The position numbers and the translations under genes are program-made. The notes beneath the pieces were generated by a model, which did not search any database, was not told the DNA's origin, and worked only from the letters and a program-made list of their open reading frames with translations. 64,000 nt of DNA from Tubiluchus corallicola (lineage: Eukaryota; Animalia; Priapulida), in NCBI GenBank assembly GCA_030141605.1, contig JAQGDQ010000010.1:1240001-1304000 (forward strand), given 5' to 3'. Each line of letters begins with the position of its first letter. Positions within the stretch are counted from its first letter, which is position 1. Shown here one piece after another: positions 26,701 through 36,956 of this stretch.

Positions 26701-29700
26701 GCAGTTGGTGCCTGATCTTCCATCTTTTCCGTGAAACTCCGCCAGGATTGGCGTTTCGCCTTCCGGACGGCATTTTTGAATATAGACTGGGTTAGCTTTC
26801 TTGTTTCCCAGTCGCGTTGATTTTTAGTCTTAGTGGCTCTCCTGCAAGCCCTGCACGCCTCCTTGCGGAGACGGCTTAGCTCCGGATTCCACCATTTGTT
26901 CCCATCCTTCTTCCTCTGCCTACGTAATGGGCAAGCAGTTTCATAAGAATGAATAACAGCAGCCTGAACTTCATCAGCCAAATCCTCAATATCCTCATTG
27001 GAGGACACCTTGTATTCCCGGTTCAGTTCTGGAAGTTTATGCTCAAGTTCTTCCGCATACTTTTCCCAGCAAGTACGGCGGATGTTCCTGATGAGTGGGT
27101 TTTCTTTTGAAATACTGCTTTTCACCAGGAATCTTATATACATGTGGTCCGACATTTTGTAAAATTTATTAAGACATCACAAACAGTTCTCAATTAAGTA
27201 TAACAACTTGTGTCATCAGATAGCAAGGGCTGGCTCTTAGTAGTTTAACACTCTAGGCAAAAGTATTTGTAGCACCCCTTTCTCTACACCTAAGAGCCCC
27301 CACGCAACCCCACTCCAAAAAATTTCTGCAATTTCCACTACACACTCTTTATGTACAAACTCTTGGCTAAATTTTCCTTCACACTTTTCATTTGAAATTT
27401 TCTTAATCCCTAATTCCTCTTTTTCACGTACATCTATTACATCAGTTTCATCATCTTTACAACCATGACTCTGGTCTGGTTGCAAATATACATTAGCGAA
27501 TCTTTTAGCTGTTCAATCTCTGCAATTTTTTTCCTTTTTCGTTTCCTGTACTATGCTCCCGAAAGCTTCACTTCCTGATAGGGTTATCTGCCAAATTAGT
27601 TGAAATTTAATGCTTTCACAAGAAACACTTTTTAGTTAGTGTAAGGATCAAAAGGCATTAGTTTTTACTTAGTTCTGCTGTTCTAAGCATACAGTACAAA
27701 GTAGTGGCAAAAGTAGGATTATGCGTTAGTAGTGCCTGCAACAAATGACATAATCTTGTGAAGCCAGGGTAATGTGAAAAGTAGGAAGTGTTTTGTACGG
27801 AAAGACTGCTCTGTGAATCATGAATCACATATTGCGACATGGACATAATGCAAAAAATTTGTTTCATTTAATTAAAGCGTCGCGAATTTGCATTTAAACA
27901 ATAACACATACTATGTTAATATTTACATCAAATTCAAAATAAAAGAATTGCTTCTAAAATTTGGCGCACCCCAAAATTTGGTACCCTAAGCAACAGTCTA
28001 GTTTTCCTAGTGGTAGAGCCAGCCCTGTATACAGCTTGCTGTTATTACCACTTGGAGCTATTACCACTATTACAGCTTGGAGTAACTATATTCAACTCTG
28101 CATACAGTTCAGCTTATGTAGAGCAAATTTATTCTTTTTTATACAGATCACTCTCTTAATTGCCAATGACCACTTTAAAAATATTGAATGCAGGTCTAGA
28201 AAAACAGAATGTAACTAGACTGATGGGTACCTACTGAAGCAATTGAAACATATAATTAACAGAGAAACACTTGCGTAGTGAAGAAGTCTACAATAAGAGC
28301 TGGCTCAGCACTTCATCTTATAATTTAGTCAATAATAGTGAACCATACATGTGTATCTGGAGTTCACATCTTTGCTTGGAAAGTTGACTTCAGGATTGCT
28401 TTGACTAGGTAAAATGCAGTTGCAAAGGAGCAGGTGCCTGAAGTTAGCCCTGCTTATTCAATGAATTTCAGTGACTCGGTATGTCAGGTTTTATTGATTT
28501 TGGATGTATCTTGGATGTCTTAAGCGTGCTGTATGAATTACAAGAAAAAACGGTACTTGTGTTAAGCCATATTTACCAGACGACTGGAATTGAGTGTGCG
28601 TTATTCAATGATTGGATGCAGAAAAACAGATCATTCCTTACAGCAATCTTTTTACAAGAATTTGTTACTTGGCAGCAAAGTACTACTGTACAAACATTGC
28701 AGGTAACATTTACTCCTATTTAAAGAATGCGCATTCTGTTCTGCATTTCAGGTTTTTTTGTACGGGACAGGAAACACGTTTTGCAGTTGTTTCCCATGAG
28801 ATATAACACAATTCTGGCATTTGGTAAAAGTGACAAGACAAAATACCTGAATACCTGATGCTTTATAATATTCCACGGGGGCTAATGCACCATCACGACT
28901 GCAACATTTCACCATTTTTATTTTGCCCAGCTCACCGGCACTAGCTTTCCTACAGGCTGAACTGAATCCTGGATCAAACCTCCGATTAAATGCACAGTAA
29001 AGTGCCAGACCTCGAGTTTCTGCCAAGTCATAAAGCTCACTAATTCGCTTGTTATTGTTTGCAACTGGTTTTTCACAGAACACTGACTTGCCTAAAATAC
29101 ATATACACATATATCATAGTTATCTAGCGCAACTCTTGCAACATGGAAGTGAATGCACCCAAGAACTCAATTAATTGTAAATTAACAGAGAAACTGCTCA
29201 TTGAAAACACAAGCTATCAATCTGTTATGTTTAAAACTGATGTTTAAGGCAAAATTATGAAATTTTTACATTATTTCCAATGTAGTTCAATCAATATGCA
29301 GTATGTAATTTTTTAATGTACAACAATGTACTTTATTAGAATACTGAAGAGAATTTCACAAGTTGAAAAAAATAAGAACCAAGTAAATTTTAATATATTT
29401 TTGGATTCCGTTTCTTCCATCTTCTTGCAATAACAACCGGCGAATGATTAATTATTACTTATTTGCAGTGCATTGAAAATGGGTGATACAGACATGTAAC
29501 ACTGAGTTTCCAACCACAAAACTATTTTCTTAAGTTATAAAAGAATCCAAATTTCACAAAATTTAAACAAACCATAAACGAACGTAAAAATTAACTCTAG
29601 AACATCTTATATTGAACTTCCCTATCTGTTAAAACAGCAGGAGCTGTAATTCAGGGCAAAACCTAATTAACGCTTGCAGCAACAATTTATAACTAATTTA

Positions 29701-30800
29701 AGTAAGATTAACCTACCTGCATTTAAAGCTTTTCGGACTAAATCCTCATGTGTCCAAGTAGGAGTACATATAACAACACTATCTACACTGAAAGATAAAA
29801 ATATCAGTCATTAGAATTTTATTTATCAATGCAATGCATTGTTCCTGAATAAATTCAGCATGTTCTTACAAATTTATAACACTCAGCATAATGAAATGAA
29901 TTACTTAAAGTATAACTTTGAAAGTATAGCAATACAAAGAACAAATTTTAGGGTTAAACATATTCACACAGAACAAACTTAGCACTTCATAAAATGGCTA
30001 ATATAAATAGTTTTGCTGCCATCTTTCTTATATTGTGTGATCATTCTATATTGCTTCATCATTTTAAAAGTTGCATGTAAATAACATGTCATTTATGAAT
30101 ATGAGTGGTATGCAAGTTTTATATCATCTATGTAGTCCCATGTACCCTGAAGCCAAGGTACATAGACTACGAGCATAGTATAAACCTTGTATTACAAAGA
30201 GGCAGCTAACGAGGTTTTTGCCCAATATTAGATTCACACCAGCAAATGAACAGTACATTGTAAATACACAAAAGTGTATATTTCTGACAACACTTACATG
30301 GCTGCTAAGCTACTTACAGTAGACTAAGCAGACGAGTACTTAATCCAAATATTTTACGAATGGCACGCCTGAATTACTTTTATACCCACACGCATAGCCA
30401 ACAGACATTCTCTACAGCCATGATACCATATCATGGACGCCTACTTAGACTAATAGGAAACGCATTTTACTACTAACCCATTACACCATTAACCGGTCAA
30501 AAATGGTTTGTGATTTTGATCTCACGTATGCATATACAGACTGATTTCTATTATTAATTTTCAGACTCACGTGCAATCATTTAGTACAATTTTTGTGTCA
30601 CTTGTTGGCAGTGCTGTGATACCTCTGTCTGGTGCTACCAGTTTCAGTCTTTTTTCAACAACATCAGCATCTACATCAATCACATATTTTAAGTGAGCCC
30701 GTGGATTGTTTAGAAGATTTTGTAAATGAATACTTCCAATTCTGCCCATCCCAAATATAGCTATTCCATGCCTTTTCGGTGCTGGACCATTATCTGCCAT
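20759..30800 (-). CDS. myo-inositol 2-dehydrogenase-like oxidoreductase (IolG-like, Gfo/Idh/MocA family), paralogue A, 6 coding exons, ~355 aa
   Basis: Exons 30800-30571, 29787-29717, 29091-28855, 23635-23412, 23170-23005 and 20898-20759 are GT-AG and in phase. Motifs: GMGRIG (Rossmann), VICTPTWTH, FCEKP, AFNRRFDP, SRD, SGGICHDSVVHDID, YGYDQRLEVFGS. Confidence 0.9.
21524..22829. repeat. 28-bp minisatellite, ~46 copies (consensus cttgttagcaggtcttgtagtatcagag), in the last intron of paralogue A
   Basis: Homogeneous head-to-tail repeats over ~1.3 kb, with variant units recurring at 140-bp and 199-bp periods. Confidence 0.97.
23716..24002. repeat. Left copy of the 287-bp target-site duplication of the retrotransposon
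   Basis: Identical to 27153-27439 except one substitution (ccccacCcaa vs ccccacGcaa). Confidence 0.95.
24003..27152 (-). mobile_element. 5'-truncated non-LTR retrotransposon (R1 group, probably LOA clade) with RT, RNase H, C-terminal zinc knuckle and (TAA)n tail
   Basis: GC-rich block bounded by the 287-bp direct repeats. The 3' end reads ccccccTAATAATAA on the minus strand. The protein has WWN, KAPGPDG, FRMITL, QYGFR, LDIVGAFD, GNPQGGILSPLLWN, YADD and KLLGVTLD, RNase H motifs YTDGSK/AEVFAI/ILSDSQAA/WIPGH..GNEEADKLAK, and LTGH...CPKC-x7-H-x4-C. The clade assignment is inferred from domain order and tail type. Confidence 0.95.
24115..24553 (-). pseudogene. Frameshifted C-terminus of the retrotransposon ORF (CCHC zinc knuckle)
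   Basis: Adding one C at ~24550-24553 joins GPEPYLP to VPYASCVYAIQGWSLKRWETSWNNREDCKRTKEHVGWASAR...LTGHCNL...CPKCGQVDETPDHHVGRC with no stop. Confidence 0.85.
24504..27155 (-). CDS. Reverse transcriptase + RNase H ORF of the retrotransposon (883 aa, endonuclease domain truncated)
   Basis: Uninterrupted ORF that starts at the SDH motif closing the apurinic endonuclease domain. Its ATG falls in the first 3 bp of the right TSD copy. Confidence 0.9.
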   Translation of the reverse strand: MSDHMYIRFLVKSSISKENPLIRNIRRTCWEKYAEELEHKLPELNREYKVSSNEDIEDLADEVQAAVIHSYETACPLRRQRKKDGNKWWNPELSRLRKEACRACRRATKTKNQRDWETRKLTQSIFKNAVRKAKRQSWRSFTEKMEDQAPTARLVKVLRRNKAAQLSCVYKEDGKLTSSPEETLNRLLDTLSPGSRVTEPDTSTDLPVCATVDEEFIASICSEERVKAALFEFQPFKAPGPDGIYPVLLQKGWKYIKKHYLMLFQTCLRYGYVPRSWKEGKGVFLPKPGKNSYLEVKSFRMITLTSFQLKWLERIVLFQLNEDTELQARLSNVQYGFRAGVSTETALHEYVQRIERSLAKKKLSLGVFLDIVGAFDNISFNSISAALLELEVSPVLIRWIENMVRCRTVQVELCDATVKREVVKGNPQGGILSPLLWNCVLNSLLREFEENGIYAQAYADDLAVLIASANVSTVRRRAQNVINIAAEWSRKTELEFSSSKTEVIMFTNKRNPNIGDLWMNGQKLQLSNEAKLLGVTLDSKLTWKGHITRVTNKATAALMQCRQIVGKTWGIQPRIMKWIYTAMVRPFMTYACVSWVSGLEKMYLRNMLQKVQRLACLMISSAFPSTPTGALEMLLNITPIDEFIRSEAVRGSYRIDTAGLWTAKTVGTFGKSKSHIDVCNSYRRDLQLLHMPGDLRKRTRVFERNFECQIQEREIAIKSEGEMDRNCVRCYTDGSKLDGRIGAGIRIEYPTESRVLEEFFYLGKLSTVFQAEVFAISQAAEIMSSEGLQNQSIVILSDSQAAIKATENNTVKSISVLRCVENLNILGKRNRVLVTWIPGHEGVHGNEEADKLAKKGSELSPEGPEPYLPSLTLAVSTRFRDGV
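27153..27439. repeat. Right copy of the 287-bp target-site duplication
   Basis: Matches 23716-24002 and continues directly into the MITE body. Confidence 0.95.
27225..28027. mobile_element. Old non-autonomous DNA transposon (hAT-like MITE), target of the LINE insertion
   Basis: TIRs aagggctggctct (27225-27237) and agagccagccctg (28015-28027) are 12/13 complementary. The flanking 8-mers cagatagc and tatacagc match 5/8, consistent with a decayed TSD. Confidence 0.65.
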
Positions 30801-32129
30801 TTTACTTTCTGCAAAGAAAATTCATCATCATTTAGAATAGATTTTTGATTTTCTGTACAAATCCCGCTACCAATCACCCGAAACAAGAACATTTTTTCGA
30901 AAACACCAAAGCTTTACAAACAACAGTAATCACTTTTCTTGAAAACACAATCAACACACAAAGTAGACGCCAGTAAATGCAGGCATGAATGATTGACTGA
31001 CAATGCTCAATTGCACTGCTCATTTACCAAGCCGAGAGTTTCTAGAAATTTGTTGTTAGGGCAAAATAGTGAAGTTCTGCTAAGAATGTGCCCAGTGATT
31101 GTGATAAGGTTGAAGCTTTGTAAACAACAGTGTTTATTGAATCTGCACTGTGTTTAATTCTTTGTTGTGTCAATCTTTCATCTGATTGTATAATCGGTGA
31201 GATTAATTGTGCCAGTCAGCCAGTGTCCAACCAGCTGCTCAAAACTGATGAAGCAAAAAGGAAAAAGTCTTAATGCAGCTGTCACTAGCTACAGCTCTTA
31301 ACCTGTGTTTCAGAAATCTATATATGTGCTATTCTGCTTCAGAATTGGTGTGATGTTAACGTTACCCTCATGCCTAGCCCCGAATAGTTAGTAATACTCA
31401 TTATACAATATCATTAACCATACTAAAATATGTGTGTCGAAGGTTAAGTCATCTATTAGAATAGAGGAAAACAATCAGTAATGACAGTTGTCAGCAAGAA
31501 GACGTGACTCAGCAGTAGACGATGAAGGTTGATAAAAAAATGGTCCTAGAAGGAAGACAAAGATTGTCAGTGTGATATGGAACTGAAACTATGGTAAGTT
31601 CTCACGCATCCTATTACAGAACAAAAGGCACACTCGCTGGAGATACTGAAGGAGATCATTGGCACATGCCTCTTGAAGCACCTTGGTACACAGCGAGGCC
31701 ATACGATTTGAAGTAAGAACGAACATATCACACAGTGTTAAATTATTTAAAGCTGCACTACTACTGCTCAGTCTTGGTCATTCTAAGAAACTGTTCAAAC
31801 ACTAGGGCCTACTGGTAGGCAAGTAATGCAAGAACTAAGGCAACAGCATGTTTCTTTCTCACTGTGTAGTGAAGAAACAGGATAGTCAAAAAGAGATAGT
31901 CGTTAGTGCATCAAATTAAAATCTTTTTTAAAGAAAGAGTGAGGATTTCACAGACACAAAAGTAATACTTTAAGAAGTAAATCAAAATTTATAGATGAGG
32001 AACATAATACTTAGAAACTATGTTTTGAATAATGCAGTGTGCAGCCCATAAAATTCCTTAATAGTCTCAGTGAAGATTTATATTGTTGTTTAGCTATTTG
32101 CCTGTGTATTAATATAGATGTCTGTGTAA

Positions 32130-32589
32130 GTGCTGGTGCAACCAAGAAAAGTTTATAACACCTTAACGAATATTATTCTCTAACTCACTAGCTATCTAAC
32201 TAATTGAGAACCCGCCTGTTACAAACTTTCCTGTCCCGGTATTCACCCCCCCCCCCCCCCGAGTTTCACATTCGAAAAGTACCTATTTCATGTTTGAAGT
32301 GCTGGTGTAACCAAAGAAAAGTTTGTAGCACCTCAAGCAGGGTACATATTGTTCACTAGCTCCATAGCTATCTAACTATGTGGATGACGGCCCATTACAA
32401 ACTTTTCTTTGGTTATATCAGCACTTTAAACATGAAATACTAGTTGAATTTGAAACTCGAAAAAAGTATGGGCAAACAGGAATACAAAAGCTTGTAACAA
32501 GCAGATACACATATAGATAGCTACTAAGTGAGGTGGAGAATAATACGTGTTATCCCTGAGGTGTTACCAACTTTTCTTTATTTACACCA
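32130..32589. mobile_element. Foldback/MITE-like imperfect palindrome (~460 bp) with an internal direct repeat
   Basis: Outer arms tggtgcaaccaagaaaagtttataacacct and aggtgttaccaacttttctttatttacacca pair. Inner arms 32260-32327 and 32396-32459 also pair. The gtgctggtgYaacca..aagaaaagttt motif occurs twice in direct orientation. Confidence 0.75.
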
Positions 32590-32621
32590 TTGAGCGGCTA
32601 GCAGTGCTTGCGTCAAATGTA

Positions 32622-32752
32622 GGTAAAAATAGCACAGGAAAAAACTGCACAAGAAAAAATTGCACGGTAAAATGGCACAGGAAAAAATGACACAAATGGA
32701 AAAGTAGCAAAAAATGGCACACTTAGTAAAATATGTGTTTAGGGTTAGAGTG
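32622..32752. repeat. Degenerate ~14-15-bp tandem repeat (aaaaatggcacagg) followed by ttagggttag
   Basis: About six visible units; resembles a subterminal array of a non-autonomous transposon. Confidence 0.55.
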
Positions 32753-33134
32753 ACAGTGGGGTATAATTATTGTAGTTATTTTTAGCTCTGCCAAGGTAGT
32801 TATGCTTCAAAAGATTAGTTTACCTTTTTGTTATGGCAGTAACCCATTACACAAAAGCTATCTAACAGATTTCCAAGAAACTTTGTGAAGAAAGGCGGGT
32901 ATACGGGCCAAAAATGCAAATCTTTTCGCTGGTTCTTTTCTCGTGACCAAACGCCACATACAAAAACCATTCGTGAAGCACTTCATGGAGGACTCAGAGA
33001 GAGTGTTTAGTACTTCTTTTTTATCTCCACCAGGACAAACAACTATGAGTTAGTTCCAGTTCGTTTTTAAAACAGTGTGATGCTGTCTATAACGCTTGCT
33101 TATTAATCATGTGTATAGCCTTATGAGGTGACTT

Positions 33135-33169
<35 letters not shown>

Positions 33170-33645
33170 TCGCTGAAGTGTTACCAACATTCCCGTAAAA
33201 GTGGGTACGTTTGAAGCTACTTCTAATTTTTATTAATAATACTTAGTAACATACTGTATACTGTAACACACTAATAATGAATATCAAACCTTTTTGGATC
33301 TATAATGCTTTGAGTAGTGCAATCGAGGGCATTACAAATTTTGAATGTCAAACCGACTTTTGGTTCAATACTGAACATCGAACGTCGAATATCAAACAAA
33401 CTTGAGACGGACACGGGTCACACTGGGTTGCGTCAAGGATTGATCCAGATGCAGTAAATATACTAGTAATATGCAAAATCTTTGTGACGCGACTGCTTGC
33501 AATTAAGATGTACCAAAGTATACACAATAAAGTAGGGAAAGTCCTTCTGCGCAGTAGTTCGCGCAGTTAGTGTCGCCCTAGCGGCCATTCAGTACGGCCT
33601 GTTGTTGTCAGGTACGCAACAGCGCAGGCTGTGGGTACTGTAGCA

Positions 33646-34356
33646 CAGTGATTTTCAACCTTTTTTGAGCCACGGCACATTTTTTACATTTCCAAAATCC
33701 TCGGGCACCACCACCATTTACAGACACGTGCGTGTTGAAACAATAGGCGGTCACGTGACCATTCTGACTGATGCGTCAGCACAGAAAGTGGTGAAATCTT
33801 GAAGTCTCACGTAGCAGGCTAGTCACATAATCGTTCACGTCTCCTGCCTCCAAATTGTGGAATTCTTTGGCCCTACAATTACGCCTGATCAAGTCGATTG
33901 ATAGTTCTAAAGAAGCCTGAAAACTTACTATATTAATGAAGCTGTCTGTGGTTGATTGCCCGCAACACATTTACATTTGTATATATAGCAAACCTAAACT
34001 ATGGTATATCTAAACCAGTTATGTGCTCAAAGTAAACTGTATACGAATTTACTAAGCAAACATACAACAGCGATAATTCTCTTGTTTATCATTCAATCCC
34101 GCAGTGTTTTGAGAGTCAAGTATATTTCAAGTAATGATGCTGTACATAAACACTAACTCTATTGACTTTACAGGCATTTATCACTCTCTGCTGCCACCCA
34201 CTGAAATAAAAGAGTTTTACATTATCGGCCACAGTTTATTACAGCACAGACACCCGACAATGGTTAATTAGGTGATATTAGATAATTTCCCACGGCACAC
34301 CTGATGATCTTTCACGGCACATCAGTGTGCCGCGGCACACTGGTTGAAAAACACTG
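33646..34356. mobile_element. hAT-superfamily non-autonomous element (MITE), 711 bp
   Basis: 15-bp TIRs cagtgattttcaacc and ggttgaaaaacactg (1 mismatch), perfect 8-bp TSD ctgtagca at 33638-33645 and 34357-34364, and subterminal cacggcaca repeats at both ends. Confidence 0.93.
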
Positions 34357-36762
34357 CTGTAGCAGATGAATTGATGAGACCATCAAAACCAGCCCGGTTA
34401 ACAGGCGCTCATAAATTGCTCAGCAGTGAGTTGCAAAAACACAAAAAGATATCTTTTTAAATTTCGCAAGGATGCAGCCAGGTAATTATAATAAAATGTT
34501 AATTATAACACAGTTTTGAAACTTTTGTTACTAGTTAAATATTTTGTACGCTAAGCAAAGACTGCAAGGCCTACATCTCTCTTTGGCGATTTATAGCAGC
34601 TGTTGTCTTTTTGAATATTATTTAAAGCAAGCATAAGGCATTAAGAATAATTTGTAGTTAAAAAAATTATTATAATCATATCTCATAAAAATTAATAGGC
34701 TTATTTACAAAAGAAGTTAGGAAAGTTGATCAAAAGAAAGAATACCTGGCTCATGTAGTATTCGATTTCTGGAGAAATATTTTTTCTAAAAAACATTTCG
34801 ATTTCATATGTTCTTATCAGGAAATATAACTTGAAGAAATATTAGGCCTGACTTTCATGTGTAATACCTTTCGTAGAAAAAAATCGATTTTTTCAGAACA
34901 GCAAATAATTTTCCAGAACATAACTTAATCTAAGCATCTGCATGTTTTGTTAATTCCAAGTTAAAAAATGTTTAAAAAGCATATAATCATACATTGGCCT
35001 CTGTTATGAGTTGGAGTTAGTTATAAAATTACGTTGAACAAGCAGAGATGCATTTACGACATTACTCCTCTTTTTTATTATCAGTGAACAAAAAATAACT
35101 GAAGGAAACATTAGAGCTGTCATCCTAAGCAGCCGACATAACTTCCACCTCTATAACAACCAACTAACTATGTCAAAACCTAGTTAAAGAATTCAGGCGA
35201 GAAGCATAAATTAGAATCTGCACGCATGTCATAATACCTTATAATATCATGTGCAGACATTACTTATATTTGGCCTAATTTTTTAAGATTCAATTAGGCT
35301 TACATCAAAATAAATGTTCATTAAATACAGTTTGCTTACGTGTAAAAAATGTACTTGTATAATGTTCTTTTGTTTTGTTTATAATTAGACTCTTTAGTAT
35401 TATTTTAATGCATGTACTTTGCAGTTTGATTCAGTTCCCTATTTGAAAGTTTGTTTAAATTTCTGTTTGGCTAGCTTGCTTTTCATTTTATTTAGTTTGT
35501 TTTTTATTATTTTTGTTATTTTGCATGTTTTTCTCATATTGAGTTATGCATGGACGATATGACAGCTTGAATTTGGTCATTTTTTGCACTAATGTTTTTC
35601 TTTTGCTAATAGGTACCATTACGACCTTTGTTACTTTATTAGTAAGGTATAAATCAACTTAAATGAAATTATTCATTCATCGCCGCCTATATCAAAATCA
35701 TAATTACATAAGTGCAAAAGTTTTCCTCATGTTTCCTTGCTGTTCATTACATCTTTTACTTTATTTCAAAATTATTTAAATATTTATATCAAAATCGTAA
35801 TTCCATATTGTGTTTTTCTCATGTTTCCTTGCTATTATTACATCATTTACTTCATTACATCAATTTCAATGAGTCATCTACAAAAGCACGCATATCTTTA
35901 ATAATTTTTTCATTTTCATTTAAGTAAGGTGAGTGTGTTAATGACCGTATGGTCGTACACTCACCTCACACTACTCAAATTATTTTATTTATTGTTTATT
36001 TATGTGTACAATATTGTATTTTGATGTGTGAAATAAAATTCATAGTTCCGTCTTTCTTTTAACTCTCTCTCTCTCTCCCCCTCTTTCTCTCTAAGAGAGG
36101 GAGGGAGAGAAAAATCAATAAATCAATGAAAAATGCATTACTTCTTTACATAGCAGGCAGCCCATCACGCAGTCAGCTAGCCTCTTTCCTCAGGAAAAAC
36201 AATAAAATTTTACTGACAAGAAAACTGAACAGGCATTTGCAAGTACATAATACAAACTTATTGCTACAATTTTTTTCCTTTTCATGAAATGTTTTCAGTT
36301 TTTTTAAACTAATAATTGCTTTTAATTGAGATATACTTCTTTTATTAAAAACGCAAAAGTGATTTTGGCTTATCAAAATTGCACGTATGCCAACACTACT
36401 GGTGAACTTAATAATATTATTATTACAGTCAATGCGGCGCTCCAAATTTTTTACTGAATGGCCGTTTGATGCCGCCAGCATAGCCGCTAATCGCAAAAAG
36501 GAAATACGTAACAATAGGCGGCTTTCGTCAGTTCCTCTTTATACACTTTGGATGCACCCCAAATTTTTGAATAAAACCATGATGACGACAAATGATGATG
36601 GTAAATTATAGTAGCTGAAATTCAAGTTCAAATTATTTATTTTTTATCCCAAATAAAACTAACAACATCAATAAATACAACTTATGAACAAAGCAGGTAG
36701 GAAGGGGAGGCGACAAACGCACATTATCGAATCAGCCACCCCACATCGGTTTTGATGAATAG

Positions 36763-36956
36763 TTAATGGATAGCGCCAAACAGTCTGCACCTTAATAATA
36801 ATGATATTATTAAGAGTACAATAATTTAAATCACCATGAAATTTAATCATTTGTTTGAATTATAATAAATTTTTTAAATTATTGTAGTCATTATATTAAG
36901 GAGCAGTCTGTTTGGCACTATCCATTAATTATAATTCACAGCTCTGTGAATTATAA
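36763..36956. repeat. Long inverted repeat with an adjacent perfect 13-bp hairpin
   Basis: ttaatggatagcgccaaacagtctgcaccttaat...tacaataatttaaa pairs with tttaaattattgta...attaaggagcagtctgtttggcactatccattaa (ending 36928). It is immediately followed by ttataattcacag-ct-ctgtgaattataa (36929-36956). Confidence 0.85.

Noticed and set aside
24604-26715. Plus-strand ORFs up to 213 aa inside the retrotransposon
   Set aside because: They are antisense shadows of the RT frame with no recognisable domains.
23716-27439. 287-bp direct repeats as LTRs of an LTR retrotransposon
   Set aside because: No TG...CA termini, PBS/PPT, gag, protease or integrase. The RT is non-LTR type with a TAA tail, and the repeat is continuous with host intron and MITE sequence.
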